This document shows positions 22,831 to 34,590 of a stretch of DNA of 64,000 nt, in pieces. The notes under the pieces are model-generated. The model ran no database searches, was not told the origin of the DNA, and saw only the letters and a program-made list of their open reading frames with translations. The translations under genes were made by a program, and so were the position numbers. Origin of the DNA: Glycera tridactyla (lineage: Eukaryota); contig OZ286474.1 in NCBI GenBank assembly GCA_965644265.1, positions 23,560,001-23,624,000 of the forward strand, written 5' to 3'. How positions within the stretch are numbered: the stretch's first letter is position 1; each line of letters begins with the position of its first letter.

Positions 22831-23591
22831 AAAGGACATAGCACTTCCAGACAAAGTAACAGAAACAGTGAATGATGCAGTCTTTCAAAAGCTATGAGTT
22901 AGAATAGGCCCAGTAATTCCATCGGCATAATTGACCACACATGTTCATGTCATGTGTATGTATGACAAAACCGTCGATTCTAACTCATTCTCTCACTTGC
23001 GAATCAGGTTCTCTCATTTCTTTTCGAGAATCTGGGGAAAGGTATTCCTCATCAGTGCAATTGCACTGGAAAAACATATATCAAAATAAGTTCGTGGAGT
23101 CATCTCTTTCCTCAGGACTGCCAGTCTTACACGGACCGAGAAGGTGCTGTAGAAGAATCGTGAAAGTCATTCCTGGTCAGTGTCATCGGTCAGTCTCTTG
23201 GGAGCTCAACGCACACCAGATATATGCTGACCAGTATAATGAATCTGTAACTACATTGATGTCCGTGGTTAGAAATTACAAGCTGAAATCCTACATGGTA
23301 CCACTTGAACAGATAATACCAAATTTTGTGCAGAATATCCCATGAAGTTTCAATGAGCAAAGATCAAGCATGATTGCTTCCGTCGATGCGTTGAAACTGG
23401 CGGTTATTAAGTGGTTCGGTATTTCAGGCAGATTCACTGAATGTTTCTGTTCATGGCCAGGTCTAACTGCGAGCGGCGTCATTCGCTGTCAGAAAATATT
23501 GCCCGAAAACATCATATATTTTATAATGTCCCCGTAAAATTCGGATGGAGTCACGGTAATTCGGCAGCTGACGGCGCTTGACAGACAGTGA

Positions 23592-23760
23592 TTGGTTGAT
23601 TGATTGGTTGTGGTTTAACGTCACGTCAGCACCATCTGGGCTATATTGTGACACCCATGCAATGGACATGGGTGGGATCTTCCAAGACTCCTCCTTCTGG
23701 GTCCCAAACGGAAGGTGAAATGATATGAAAATCACAGACACAAAGTGTCATTTCAGAGAC
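23592..23760 (-). mobile_element. 169-bp family A retroposon with a 13-bp TSD
   Basis: TGACAGACAGTGA at 23579-23591 and 23761-23773. On the minus strand the element ends GCTGACGTGACGTTAAACCACAACCAATCAATCAACC. Confidence 0.85.
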
Positions 23761-24147
23761 TGACAGACAGTGACGGCGGCGATCAAACGAGGTGCGAGAG
23801 CATTCTGAGAAAGTCAAATTTGACTTTTTAGCAGTTAAAAAGTCAAATTGAACTCGCTGTCAAATTCAAAATAAATTGATAGTCCATTTCAATTTTCGGC
23901 AGAGACGGCGTCAGACAGGGACTGACGGCGTCAATGACGGCATATGTCCCTGTCAAATTTGCGGCGTCACCTTCTGTTCCCAAGATGAGTATGAGAAAAT
24001 CATCAGTGTCTATCGCGGTACTAATCCTCGGCCGAATTTGCCATAGCGCCGTCGTGCTGCGTATGTCCACGCTTTCAGAGAAAGTGACGGCGCTCCCAGA
24101 GAAAGTGGACAGGGACTAGGAGAAAGTTGCGCCGACTTTTGATGATG

Positions 24148-24950
24148 GTCAGGCAGGCAGGCAGGCAGGCAGTCTGATGGTGGTGTTGATGATGATGATG
24201 GTGGTGGTGGCACTGGTGATGGTACTGGTGTTGTTGTTGATGGTGGTGGTTGTGGTGATGGTGTTGTTGTTGATGGTGGTGGTTGTGGTGCTGGTGTTGT
24301 TGATCCACCCAAACAACCACCCAACCAAACAACCACCCAACAAACCAACCATCCAACCAAACAACCAACCAACAAACCATTCACCCAACCAACCAAACAA
24401 CCAACCAACAAACCAACCACCCACCAGACAACCCAACCAACCATCTAATCATCTACCCAACCAACCAGCCAACCAAACTCCCAACTAACCAACCAACCAT
24501 CCATAGTTGGAGAACATTCCTTTTTGGTTGGTTGATTAGCCGGGTGGTTGGTTAGTTTGGTGGGTGGTTGGTTGGTTGGTTGGTCGGTTGGACAGTTGAT
24601 TAGTTGGGTGGTTGGTTAGGTAGTTAGATAGTCGGATCAGTGGTTGGTTGGTTGGGTGGATGGGTGGTTGGATGAGTGGTTGGTTGGTAGTTTATTTAGT
24701 TTGGTGATTGGTTGATTGGTTGGTTGTGTGGCTGGTTGAGTGGTTGGCACCATCACCAGCACCACCACCACCACCAGTGCTAACACAACCATCAGCACCA
24801 GTGCCAGCACCACCACCATCGGCACCAACAGCACCATATGAGAAGAAAAAAGAGAAGGAGACAGAGAAGGAAAAGAAGCAGGAGAAGAAGAAGAAGAAGA
24901 AGAAGAAGAAGAAAAAGAAGAAGAAAAAGGAGGAGGAAATGATGATGACG
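24148..24950. repeat. Compound microsatellite block: (GGCA)n-(TGG/TTG)n-(CCAA)n-spacer-(TTGG)n-(CCA/CAG)n-(GAA)n
   Basis: Read directly. Blocks at about 24148-24175, 24178-24303, 24304-24502, 24526-24748, 24749-24835 and 24840-24950. Confidence 0.95.
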
Positions 24951-25525
24951 AACATGCTATATACAAATGAAACATAATCCTTCGATTGACAGGGTATGAT
25001 AGGGCTTTACTTGGGAATACAGGGGATGTCCCTGTCAAAATATGTAGTGTCCCTGTCAAGACAGGGACATATCCATGATAGTTCACAACTAAATCCACGA
25101 GGACAGGGTGGAAGTTGAAGTCAAACCGAGGTTGACAGGGACTGTCGCAGACATGACAGCGCTATTCCCTGTCATTCCTTGTCAATAAGGCACCAATTAG
25201 ACAGCGTTTGACTGTGACCTGTACCGAATGTATCGCTGACTGACGGCGCATCACGTCGTCATTCTCTGTCAATCCTATCCGAAAGATCAAAACCCTGTAA
25301 GAATACTGCAGAATACGGACACTGACGGCGAACTTTTGGCCACTTTGCGAGATAATTCTTGACTCCGAGCAACGCCGCTCGCAGTGAGACCTCACCATCA
25401 GGAAGGTTTCTCGAGATTAGGTCAGCTGCATCTGTCTTCAATATCCACAGCGGTACTACAGTAGAAGTGAAAATAGTTAGGCTGCTTCAAGATGGAATCA
25501 GTTCTCTGGAAGAAATTACAATAAT

Positions 25526-25781
25526 GGATGGTTAGACCTAACCTAGTGTAGGCTAACCACATCAGTCGCCTGTTTCACGGGGAGGGGGGGGGGTGCACCC
25601 CGCAGGATTCAACAAGGATATGAGTGTAACAACCAGTCTCAATCCACTTTGAAGTCAGCTAGTCTAAGAGAAAGAAGGATTCACACTCGGGTGGGTTGTC
25701 GAATCCTTTGTGGTGCCCCCCCCCCCCTGTGAAACATGCAGCTTATGTGGTTAGCCTACACCAGGTTAGGTCTAACCATCC
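25526..25781. mobile_element. MITE with long (about 85-bp) terminal inverted repeats
   Basis: GGATGGTTAGACCTAACCT(A/G)GTGTAGGCTAACCACAT...TGTTTCAC.GGG(G)n..CACC...AGGATTC.ACA is present at both ends in inverted orientation. AT on each flank. Confidence 0.85.
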
Positions 25782-27867
25782 ATCAGACGTCTCCGTTTCA
25801 GAGGGGGGGCACCCCTAAGTCTCACCAAGGATCTTTGACGTTCTTGGACTAGCTGAGCCACTCGAGACAGTCCATACGACCCAACCAGACTCTGCCCTCT
25901 AAAAGTCAATTGAGTACCCTCCTGTATGTACAATTGAAAATAAAGAAATGATAATTCGAAGAGTACGTCAGTATCTATGTAAGTGTTTTTATTATGAAAA
26001 TAAACTACTGCAAAAACTGGTAAAACATGAACAGTATGAATGGGCAAGCCTCTGCTGTACCAGGACAAAGTAAAGAACACTAGGTCATCTGTGGCGTGAC
26101 CTGTAGAAACAGCAGATATCTCTGCAAGCGATGGGCGGTGATGATTCTACTCCTGAGGCAAGGTGAGTATAAATCTCCTGGTGAATAAGCACACACCGAT
26201 AAAAACCAGGTGAGTAACAAGTATAGGTGATCAAGTGGCTTCTGGCGGAGTGGGAGAAACTCCCCCTCTCCGAAGTACGTGTGCGGTCACTGTATAACCG
26301 GAGCTGGCTTCCCGCCAAAACTATTCCCCCTCTAGCGCAAAAATACAATGGTCATAGGGTCCCCAATGAAGGTTTTACCACTCCCGTCGAGACGGCCCGA
26401 CTACATAGACCCCCTAGCGTCAAAATTCACAAAAAGGCCATAGCGTCCCCAATACTAGGTTCACTCTGTCATAAACGGGACCGCAATACCACAGACGAAC
26501 TTGTAGATGTAGTGCATCTCGAAGTCCCAAAATAAATGGTTATGGTAAGTATCAAGGCAACAGTAACAAGTCTCTAGTAGAAGAAAATAAAGTTCGTCTT
26601 ACCCCGGGAATTGTCAAGGAAGTGTCACATGACAGCCGTGTTCCCGGTAAAGTACACGGACTCACCGCTAGATGGCGTGCGTGAGTTTTCACCTTTCGTA
26701 GTAGCTTCTGATTTGTCATAAGAAAACCGGCAATGGTGAGGTGTATCATTCAAAAAAACCTTTGTGTTACTGAAGTAGAAAACAGGAAATACCCCGTATG
26801 TGAGATGGACCCGTGTACACAGAAAATAACTCGCACTGATTGGAGGAGGAAATCATAAAAAACCAGTGCGAAAAAGTATCCTCGATGACCAGTCTGGCGA
26901 ACAGTTATTCAATATATAAGGCACTACGTGTAAAACTGCAAAGTAAAGTCACCAGTCACGCCTGCTACCCTGAATTGGCGATGGGAGGGGGTGGCGTTGC
27001 TCGGTGACTGCGGTCTCCGGCACCATCCCCATATCCTGTTGCCTTGGTGCTACGGTGATCCTAGATCTGGTAAATGTGGCCATCATCAGTGACTACCCGT
27101 ATTGCCTCCAGGTAGCTAGGGTCCGCTCGCGGAAAATGCTCCGCCGCCACGACTGCCAGCCACTTCGCCATCTCCTTGTGGCGCTCTTGTTTGACTTGCT
27201 CCCGGATGTTATCCCAAGTTGTCTCATCCTTCGGTCCACTGACGTAGTATACGAATTCAAGATCAACATATCCGTAACTGGTCAACTGGTAATTGCATCC
27301 TTCATTGTATTTTCTCAAATTATTAGTTGTACAATTTCCAGTATCTCATTCATATGACATGTAGGCCAAATTGTGAGATAAACCATGGTGCATGTTTGCT
27401 TTACGATGTCATATTATTGACTAGTTGTTTTGAGTCGTGTAAGCACCACCTGTGCTACATTACGATGTCAATGCAAGGGACATAAGTGGGATCATTCAAG
27501 GCTCCTCCTTCAGGGTGTATCCCAACGAATATACCAGTGGGTCTGAATCATTTTTGAAATCATTTCTTGAATTGAATACATATGCTATATTTCTGATGAC
27601 TTCTTTGATTGGAATTCGGCCTTCTATTTCACATGGGATTAGGAATGAAATCTGTATAGCTCATATGTCTTCACATGGATCATACAAGGTCCTCACGAAA
27701 AAATTCCAGAGTTTTTCCAGAACATTTCCAGTACACCGTGAAGAATTTCCAGAACACACAACCAATACATCCATGGTTTTCGAAATGAATGCCTCATAAT
27801 TAATGGTATATGTCTGAACCACTGAGTTTTCTGGAATTTTCCAATATGATGGTGATCACGATTCTTC

Positions 27868-30129
27868 ATGTGCACATCTAAAGTCAACATTACGAAGATC
27901 CTGCAGGAAACTGACCCATTGTCAATTGCTAATTATTTGAATGTACATTTCAGTACAGTGGGTGAAAAAATCAATGAATCATTCCCGCTCAATGATAATG
28001 AGGACCCCCTCATGGTCACGCCCCCAGCTGATCGTACATTTGAATTTCAACCAATCAAAGGGGACGATATAATAGATATCGTGAACCGGATGTCAGGATC
28101 CAAGAGCTCAGGCCATGATGGTCTTCCGCCAACAATCCTCAAATGGATTATTCCATCTATCACACCAATCCTGAAATACATATTCGATTTGAGTATAAAA
28201 ACAGCTAAGTTCCCGACCACCTGGAAAAAGGGAGTCATCACACCATTATACAAGGATGGAAGTAGAGAGGACCCATCCAATTATCGCCCCATAACTGTAT
28301 TGAGTCCAACTAGCAAGATCCTGGAGAGGCTTATACATAATCAGCTGAGTAACTACCTAGAATGTTTTAATATCCTTTGTGAAGAACAATCGGGGTTCAG
28401 GAGGGGACACTCCACTGTGACGTGTCTTCTCCAGTTCCTGGATAATATTTACCAGGGACTGGAGAGGGGTTGTCCCAGTGGGGTTCTCTTCCTGGACCTC
28501 CGAAAAGCCTTCGATACTGTGAATCACAAAATCCTGTGCACCAAATTGTCACATCTCGGGCTTGCTAACAATGCCACTAAATGGATTGAATCTTATCTGT
28601 CAGGTAGATCCACCACAACCAAAGTCAACGGCATTATTTCAGAGTCGCACCCAGTGAATTGTGGCGTGCCCCAGGGGTCTATCCTGGGGCCGCTACTATT
28701 CTCTGCCTATATCAATGATATCCCGCTGCTCTTCAACAACACCCAGGTACATCTATATGCAGATGATACTGCGCTTACTTTTACAAATGATTCACCAGTG
28801 CAAATGCAAGTTCATATGAATAGTACCCTCACTCGAGTTGCCAAATGGCTTACTGGCAACAAACTCATGCTGAATATTACTAAGACTAAGATGATGTTTT
28901 TTGGGACACCATTGATGTTGCAATCTTGTAGAGATGTAGTAGTCGAATATGGGGGGACATCAATTGAAAAAGTTTCGACCTTTAAGTACCTGGGGGTAAA
29001 ACTCGACTCCAACCTGAAATTTGACATGCATGCCAACTATGTGAAAGGGAAGACCCTTGGGAAAGTTAAATATCTGGGAAAACTACGCCATGTTCTTGAC
29101 CAAAATACAGCACTCATGCTATACCAGAGCTTGATCACCCCCATATTCGACTACTGCGACATCATTTAGATAACTTATCACAACGAGACTCAAACATGCT
29201 CCAAAGGGTCCAGAATTGTGCAGTCAGAACCATCTTATTGCGAGATCGAAAAACCCCAACGGTTGATCTCCACGCCGAAGTTGGTCTAGATACCCTGAAT
29301 ATACGTAGAAAGAAGCATGCCGCGGTATTTATGTTCAAATCCCTCAATTGTAAACAAATGCCCACAAAAATCAAGACAATGTTCTCTTACGTCAGTCAAC
29401 GTCACCAACGCAGTACCAGGAGAAGTACTGCGAAGTACCTGAATAAACCTAGATTAAGGCTAACAAAATCACGTGGCAATTTTACCTACCGGGGCCCTGA
29501 CATTTGGAACCCGCTTATTGACAAACTTAAGTCTGCTGGCTCTCTAGATATATTCAAGAGAAGTATAAAGTCTGAAAGCAGCCCCTGGGAAATCGGCACG
29601 GTTACTTAGAAGTAGTTGGTCCTATGTACAAGTAGCCACGTTTTCTTCTCTGAAACGGAGACTATTTACGATCTGAGCCCTAGAAATCCTGTATGATACT
29701 GACCTAGTCCCAGGTCCATATAAGGTGCCATCTAATGGACTCCATCCCCTATATCCAATTCGCAAAGTTTTACGATCAAACATCAAGATTTGTAAATATG
29801 TATGCATGTGATATGAATGTCTTTATTTTTTGGGATATGTATGTGTGCGTGATTGCATATCATTCAAAATCAGTGTGTGAATGTTTATTTTTTGGGTCAT
29901 GAATGTGAACAACTCTACTTGCCCCTTATTACCATGATACCTTTTCGATGAACTTATTGTACCAATTATTGCATATATTGTACATTTCTTGCCAATATTT
30001 TCATCACATGCACTCGTGTGTGCCGGAAAAATCACATCCTGTGATAACTGCATATTTATACTTGTACATATTGTTTTGTATTTGTATTACGAGTTAAAAT
30101 AAAGATTATTCTATTCTATTCTATTCTAT
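27868..30129 (+). mobile_element. CR1-clade LINE, RT domain to 3' tail, with one 1-bp frameshift
   Basis: NYRPITVLSPTSKILERL, EEQSGFRRGHST, LDLRKAFDTVNH, GVPQGSILGPLLFSAYIND, YADD, FKYLGVKLD. The frame is restored by a single deletion near 29168 (CDII-[Y]DNLSQRDSNMLQRVQN); stop at 29609. The 3'UTR ends AATAAAGATT(ATTCT)n at 30099-30129. Confidence 0.92.
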
Positions 30130-30853
30130 CTTGATGGTCATTTTGAGATCTATCAGAGCCATCGATGTCTACAGTGTGCACTGTCAATCAGCAAAAATGA
30201 GTGAAATTACTAGGTTTTTGCTGATCTCCAGAACATAAGTATCAGTTCCAGAGTCCAAACCTCAAAATTCTAGTATTTCTCCAGAACAATAAAGTGAAAA
30301 CATGTTTTCCAGTATAGGTAATGATTTCCCTGTGAAAATGATCTCAGCAGCATTTGTAGAAATGGCTGTCCCTGGATGGCTGGTCAAATGATCCTTCAAA
30401 ACAAGTCACTTCAAGATGTACGCTTCTCAGGCATGCTTCAACGATGCTGCAAAAATGTGTCTTGATGCAATAATTGATTCAGTTGCATATTGTGGGTTGC
30501 TCCAACAGTTTAAAGTAGAGATCAGACAAGGAAGAGAGTAATATATTGGCTGATCGATTGCTTGGTTGCTTGTTCAGTTGGTTGTCGGGACAGTGCCACA
30601 TGGGCTATATTGAGATGTCATGCAAAGGATGTGGGTGGAGTCACTCAGATTCTTTCTCCAGTGGAAGGCAGGAGTTTTTCACAACATTCCCAGACACTCT
30701 ACGAGTTATCTATGCTAACATGGGAAGCATAAACAGGTATGTTGCAAAAAAGGCATGTGTTTCGCATGTCTGGCTGACTTTGTATGGATACTTAAATCAT
30801 TCCCTAGCACTACCTGGTGCCAATGTAACTTGTACGGCCTAGTTTGTCAGATG

Positions 30854-30889
30854 TATAAAAGCTGCAACCTTTCCCTCGACCATCACTCT
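30854..30889 (+). promoter_or_regulatory. Core promoter of paralogue B (TATA + initiator)
   Basis: TATAAAAG at 30854-30861 and TCACTCT with its A at 30885 (31 bp downstream), the same spacing as paralogue A. Confidence 0.8.
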
Positions 30890-30952
30890 GCCTCTTTTGC
30901 TCACTGAGGAAGCAACATCTCCCACCTGGTGTCATTCACCATCACTGGAACC

Positions 30953-31645
30953 ATGAAGACCGTTGCAGTGGTAACATTCGCCTGTGTGATGGCTCTGACT
31001 CTGGCCAGTTATGGTCACTACTATGGTGGATACTACTACCATAATTACTATGGACATTATCCAGGTGAGTAACCAGAGGGTAAGAATAGTTTGTGGTCAC
31101 AACTCAAATTTGCATCAGAATGTACAATCAGCATTCGAATTTGCAGGAGGTACATGTGCGGGCATTGTGCAGATGGGTTGGTTCACTTCTCATTAGTTGG
31201 TTGGTTGGTTGGTTGGTTGGTTGGTTGGTTGGTTGGTTGGTTGGTTGAAAGTTATTATAGTTTTCTGTCAGTTTGATGCACATGCAGAAATCATCAACTG
31301 GGATTCCGTTCTATGATTCTCTAACAAAATATAGCGTTCACTTCAAATTATCAGGAATTATCAGGTTTATGTGAGAGATGTCACAATATTCATCCAGTCT
31401 TTATTTTAGAGACAACCTCTCTAGAATTTCATGTTCATGAAATTATTTATGTATCATGATTTGTAGGATATTGTCCCCAAGATGGCCTCTACACATTTGA
31501 TGACTACAGCATTCACTTCTGCTCTGGTGGGGTAGCTACTGTACAGCACTGTGCTGCAGGTACCAAGCACTCATATGGCCACACCCACCGTGGCTATGCC
31601 TTCTGTGATGTTAACCTTAATGACCTAAACCTGGTTCTTCACTGA
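30953..31645 (+). CDS. Secreted 96-aa Tyr/Gly/His-rich peptide with a 4-Cys peritrophin-like domain, paralogue B (coding exons 30953-31064 and 31467-31645)
   Basis: GAACCATG start; phase-1 intron GTGAGT (31065) to TTGTAG (31466). Product: MKTVAVVTFACVMALTLASYGHYYGGYYYHNYYGHYPGYCPQDGLYTFDDYSIHFCSGGVATVQHCAAGTKHSYGHTHRGYAFCDVNLNDLNLVLH*. 7 amino-acid differences from A. Confidence 0.9.
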
Positions 31646-31909
31646 GACTACTCCACACTAAGGAGCCGTGAGTATTGTTTTGTCCCACATCAATCTATAT
31701 ATTCAAAAGATGATTTTCCTGACCCATAGGGGCTTTGGGAAATATTCAAAAGCGCAGGAATCGATGATGATGTCAGTGTTCTCTATAAATGATGCATGCT
31801 TTTGAAAGCAACCGCACACAATGCTCAAACATAACGATAAGATAAACAGTCATGGTTGAGAGCATGATGTCACCTACCTGAGAATTCGACGGCGGCCGAC
31901 AGATCTATC

Positions 31910-33614
31910 GGTTTGTTTGTTTGAGATTCAACAGCATGTATCAACCCTAGGGTTATGTAACCACAAGATGATGGGGAACTTGAGAAGTTGTCAGGTGGAA
32001 GTAGCTGACAGTTCAGACACAGCTGACATTTCAGACACACCTCTGCCTACTCTACATATGCATGATAAGCCTGTATGTAACTGGCTGGAAGCTGACACTC
32101 AAACCTGATAGCAATGGGCATGCTTGACTGCAGGCTTGAAACTCCATCACCTGGATTTTCCTCACGAAACTCTATTCTGTCAATTCATAGTAATGGTTAT
32201 TTGACTAGACCCACTGACTGTTTTGCAAAGTTCTGCATGTGTTATTCGCCTAACCCATGCTTCTTGACGCATGTGCCTTTTCGATTCTTTCAGTCCTTTC
32301 ACGTGAGCCTGGACAAGGCGTTTTTGCTCCAGCGAATAGAGAGATCCACAACCACAGTGATGCATACCCGGCATGTGGAGTGAGCCCAGAGCCAAGTGCA
32401 ACATCAGAAAGATTTATGGAGCAACCTCGATGAGTTCCTGCTTAGAATAGACATCAGGTGACTGGAGATGACCCAATAAAGCCACAAAATTCAGCTATCC
32501 AGTGGTGTTTTTTCACTCATGTCTGCTCCGTGTGTTGTGATCCATCCTGCCTGGAGTGTTGGTTTTGCTGTCAATGAGATACGATTCACGGTGTGATAGG
32601 ATTCCAAAACTGTGTCTGTTGCACGTCTTAAGAGTGATTGGTTTGCTTTGGTTTAGATCACTGGCATGTATCAACCCAGGGGGTTATGTATGCCATGTGT
32701 TCCTAGTCAATGAAGCATGATTGTCTGTAAATCTTCACATTTTGTTGGGGACCTGGGAGAAGTCTTGAATGATCCCACCCATGCCCATGGCCTTTATAGA
32801 GAGTTGGTCTTTAGAGCAGGTTCGACTGTATAGGGCTGACGTGAAGATGAACTAGCCAACCAACCTAGACAATGAAAGCTAGATGTTCTGTCCCCTACAG
32901 ACATCACTTACACAAACAATAAGCACAAAATGATAGGGAACCTTGTCAAGTGAAGTGGAGAACCTGAATTACTGTAAAGTGGAAGTGGCAGACTGTTCAG
33001 ACACATCTCTACCTATCTTACATGAACATATTGAACTTGAGAATCGCATATCTATCTATGTAACTGGCTGGGGCTGCCTCTCTTGTGCCTGAAGATTGCC
33101 TTACACAACCTTGTTGCACACCAGGCGAGAATAGCTCACAAGTGGAATATTGAATTTTGGCCCAAAGCATGGTGTCTGACATGGTTCATACATCCGGAGC
33201 CCAACGCAGTGCATGCCAACTGGGGTATCAAAGGCGAGCTGTGAATATGAGTCTATTCCTGTATGCATGTCAAATGGTTGGTTAGTTTGTTCTGGTTTAA
33301 CGGCATATCAACAACATCTGGGCTATATCGTGACGGCATGGGCATGGGTGGGATCTTCCAAGACTCCTCCTTCTGGGTCCCAAACGGGTGAAGAATCACT
33401 GATGTCCTTCACGAAGAGTGGGGGACTGCCCGCGGCAGCAGTGCCTGCTTTCTTCGGCAGATTCAGTATCTCAGTCTGATATGACCCAAGAAGGTTGAAA
33501 GGATGTTACACCCAAAAAGAACATCCCAGGCCTATCCATAATTTCATATGCTTGTTTGGGTGGTATTCCAGTTGGCTACTACCTTTTTTTTTTGGGGGGG
33601 GGGGGAGGGGTTAG

Positions 33615-33650
<36 letters not shown>

Positions 33651-34590
33651 CCAGCATGTCCCAGGTGATTGATTGTTTGACGTCTAGCGGCATGTATCAA
33701 CCCATAGGATTATGTATGCCATGTGTTCTTGGTCAAGGAAAGCTGGATGTTCTGTCCCCTGCAGGCATCACTTACACAAACCCTGAACACAAGATGATGG
33801 GGACCAAGAGTTTCCATATAGAAGTAGCTGACAGTTCGGATACACCTCTAACAGTCCCAGACTGAGGAGAGCCGGATGTTTTGTCCTATGAAAGTGTCCC
33901 CTCGTGGGCTCTGTACTAAGACGATGGGTGGCAAAAAGATTTCTGTTTGTTTGTTTGAGGTTTAAGGGCATGTATCAACCCATAGGATTATGTATGCCAT
34001 GTGTTCCTTTTCAGTGAAAGCTAGATGTTTTCTCCCCTGCAGACATCACTCTCACAAACCCTGAACACAAGATGATGGGAAACCAGACAGGTTCTTAAGT
34101 GGAAGTAGCTGACAGTTCAGACACACCTCTAACAGTCCCAGACCGAGGAGAGCTGAATGTTTTGTCCTCTGGAAGCGTCCCTTCACAGACTCTGTCCAAG
34201 GATTATGGGTGGCAGAATTAAAGGTTCATTTGAGGTTTAAGGGCATGTATCCACCCATAAGATTATGCACGCCATGTGTTCCCGGTCAATGAAAGCTAGA
34301 TGTTCTCTTCCCTGCAGACATCACTCTCACAAACCCTGAACATGAGGCGATGAGGAACCTGAAAGGTTGTCAAGTAGAAATAACTGATGATGGACTCTGT
34401 CCAAAGATTATCGGTGGCAGAATGAAAGGTTTATTTGAAGTTTAACAGCATGTAAGATTATGCATGCCATGTGTTCCTGGACAATGAAAGCTAGATGTTT
34501 TCTTCCCTGCAGACATGACTCTCACAAACACTGAACATAAGGTTGTCAAGTAGAAATAACTGATGATGGGGGCCAGGAAGGTTGTCAACA
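31910..34590 (-). mobile_element. Cluster of family C LINE 3'-ends (about 31910-32400, 32638-33060, 33665-33940, 33945-34225, 34226-34400, 34430-34590)
   Basis: Recurrent GGCATGTATCAACCC.(A/T)AGG.TTATGTATGCC.TGTGTTC...GAAAGCTAGATGTT...CCTGCAG.CATCACT...CACAAACCCTGAACACAAGATGATG. The longest copy extends into a reading frame with HHCGCGSLYS...HVKGLKESKRHM, like the C-terminal zinc-binding segment of I-clade ORF2. Confidence 0.75.

Larger units (their letters stand above)
23455..25396. mobile_element. Non-autonomous TIR DNA transposon (PIF/Harbinger-like termini), about 1.9 kb
   Basis: Left end GGCCAGGTCTAACTGCGAGCGGCGT (23455-23479); the reverse complement of the right end (25372-25396) is GGTGAGGTCTCACTGCGAGCGGCGT. 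Many subterminal TGACGGCG and GACAGGGA/TCCCTGTC motifs lie on both sides. TSD not resolved, so the superfamily is tentative. Confidence 0.7.

Noticed and set aside
24010-25098. ORFs encoding poly-His/Gln, poly-Thr, poly-Lys or poly-Phe proteins
   Set aside because: They are overlapping translations of microsatellites on both strands inside a transposon, with no splice or promoter support.
26227-26900. ORF1 of the downstream CR1 element
   Set aside because: No recognisable ORF1 motifs in any frame and multiple stops. Left unassigned.
26990-27890. Alternative genetic code (TGA = Trp) insert such as a NUMT or bacterial fragment
   Set aside because: The same frame also contains TAA and TAG stops, and at least some TGAs fit CGA-to-TGA decay. 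No mitochondrial or bacterial gene was recognisable.
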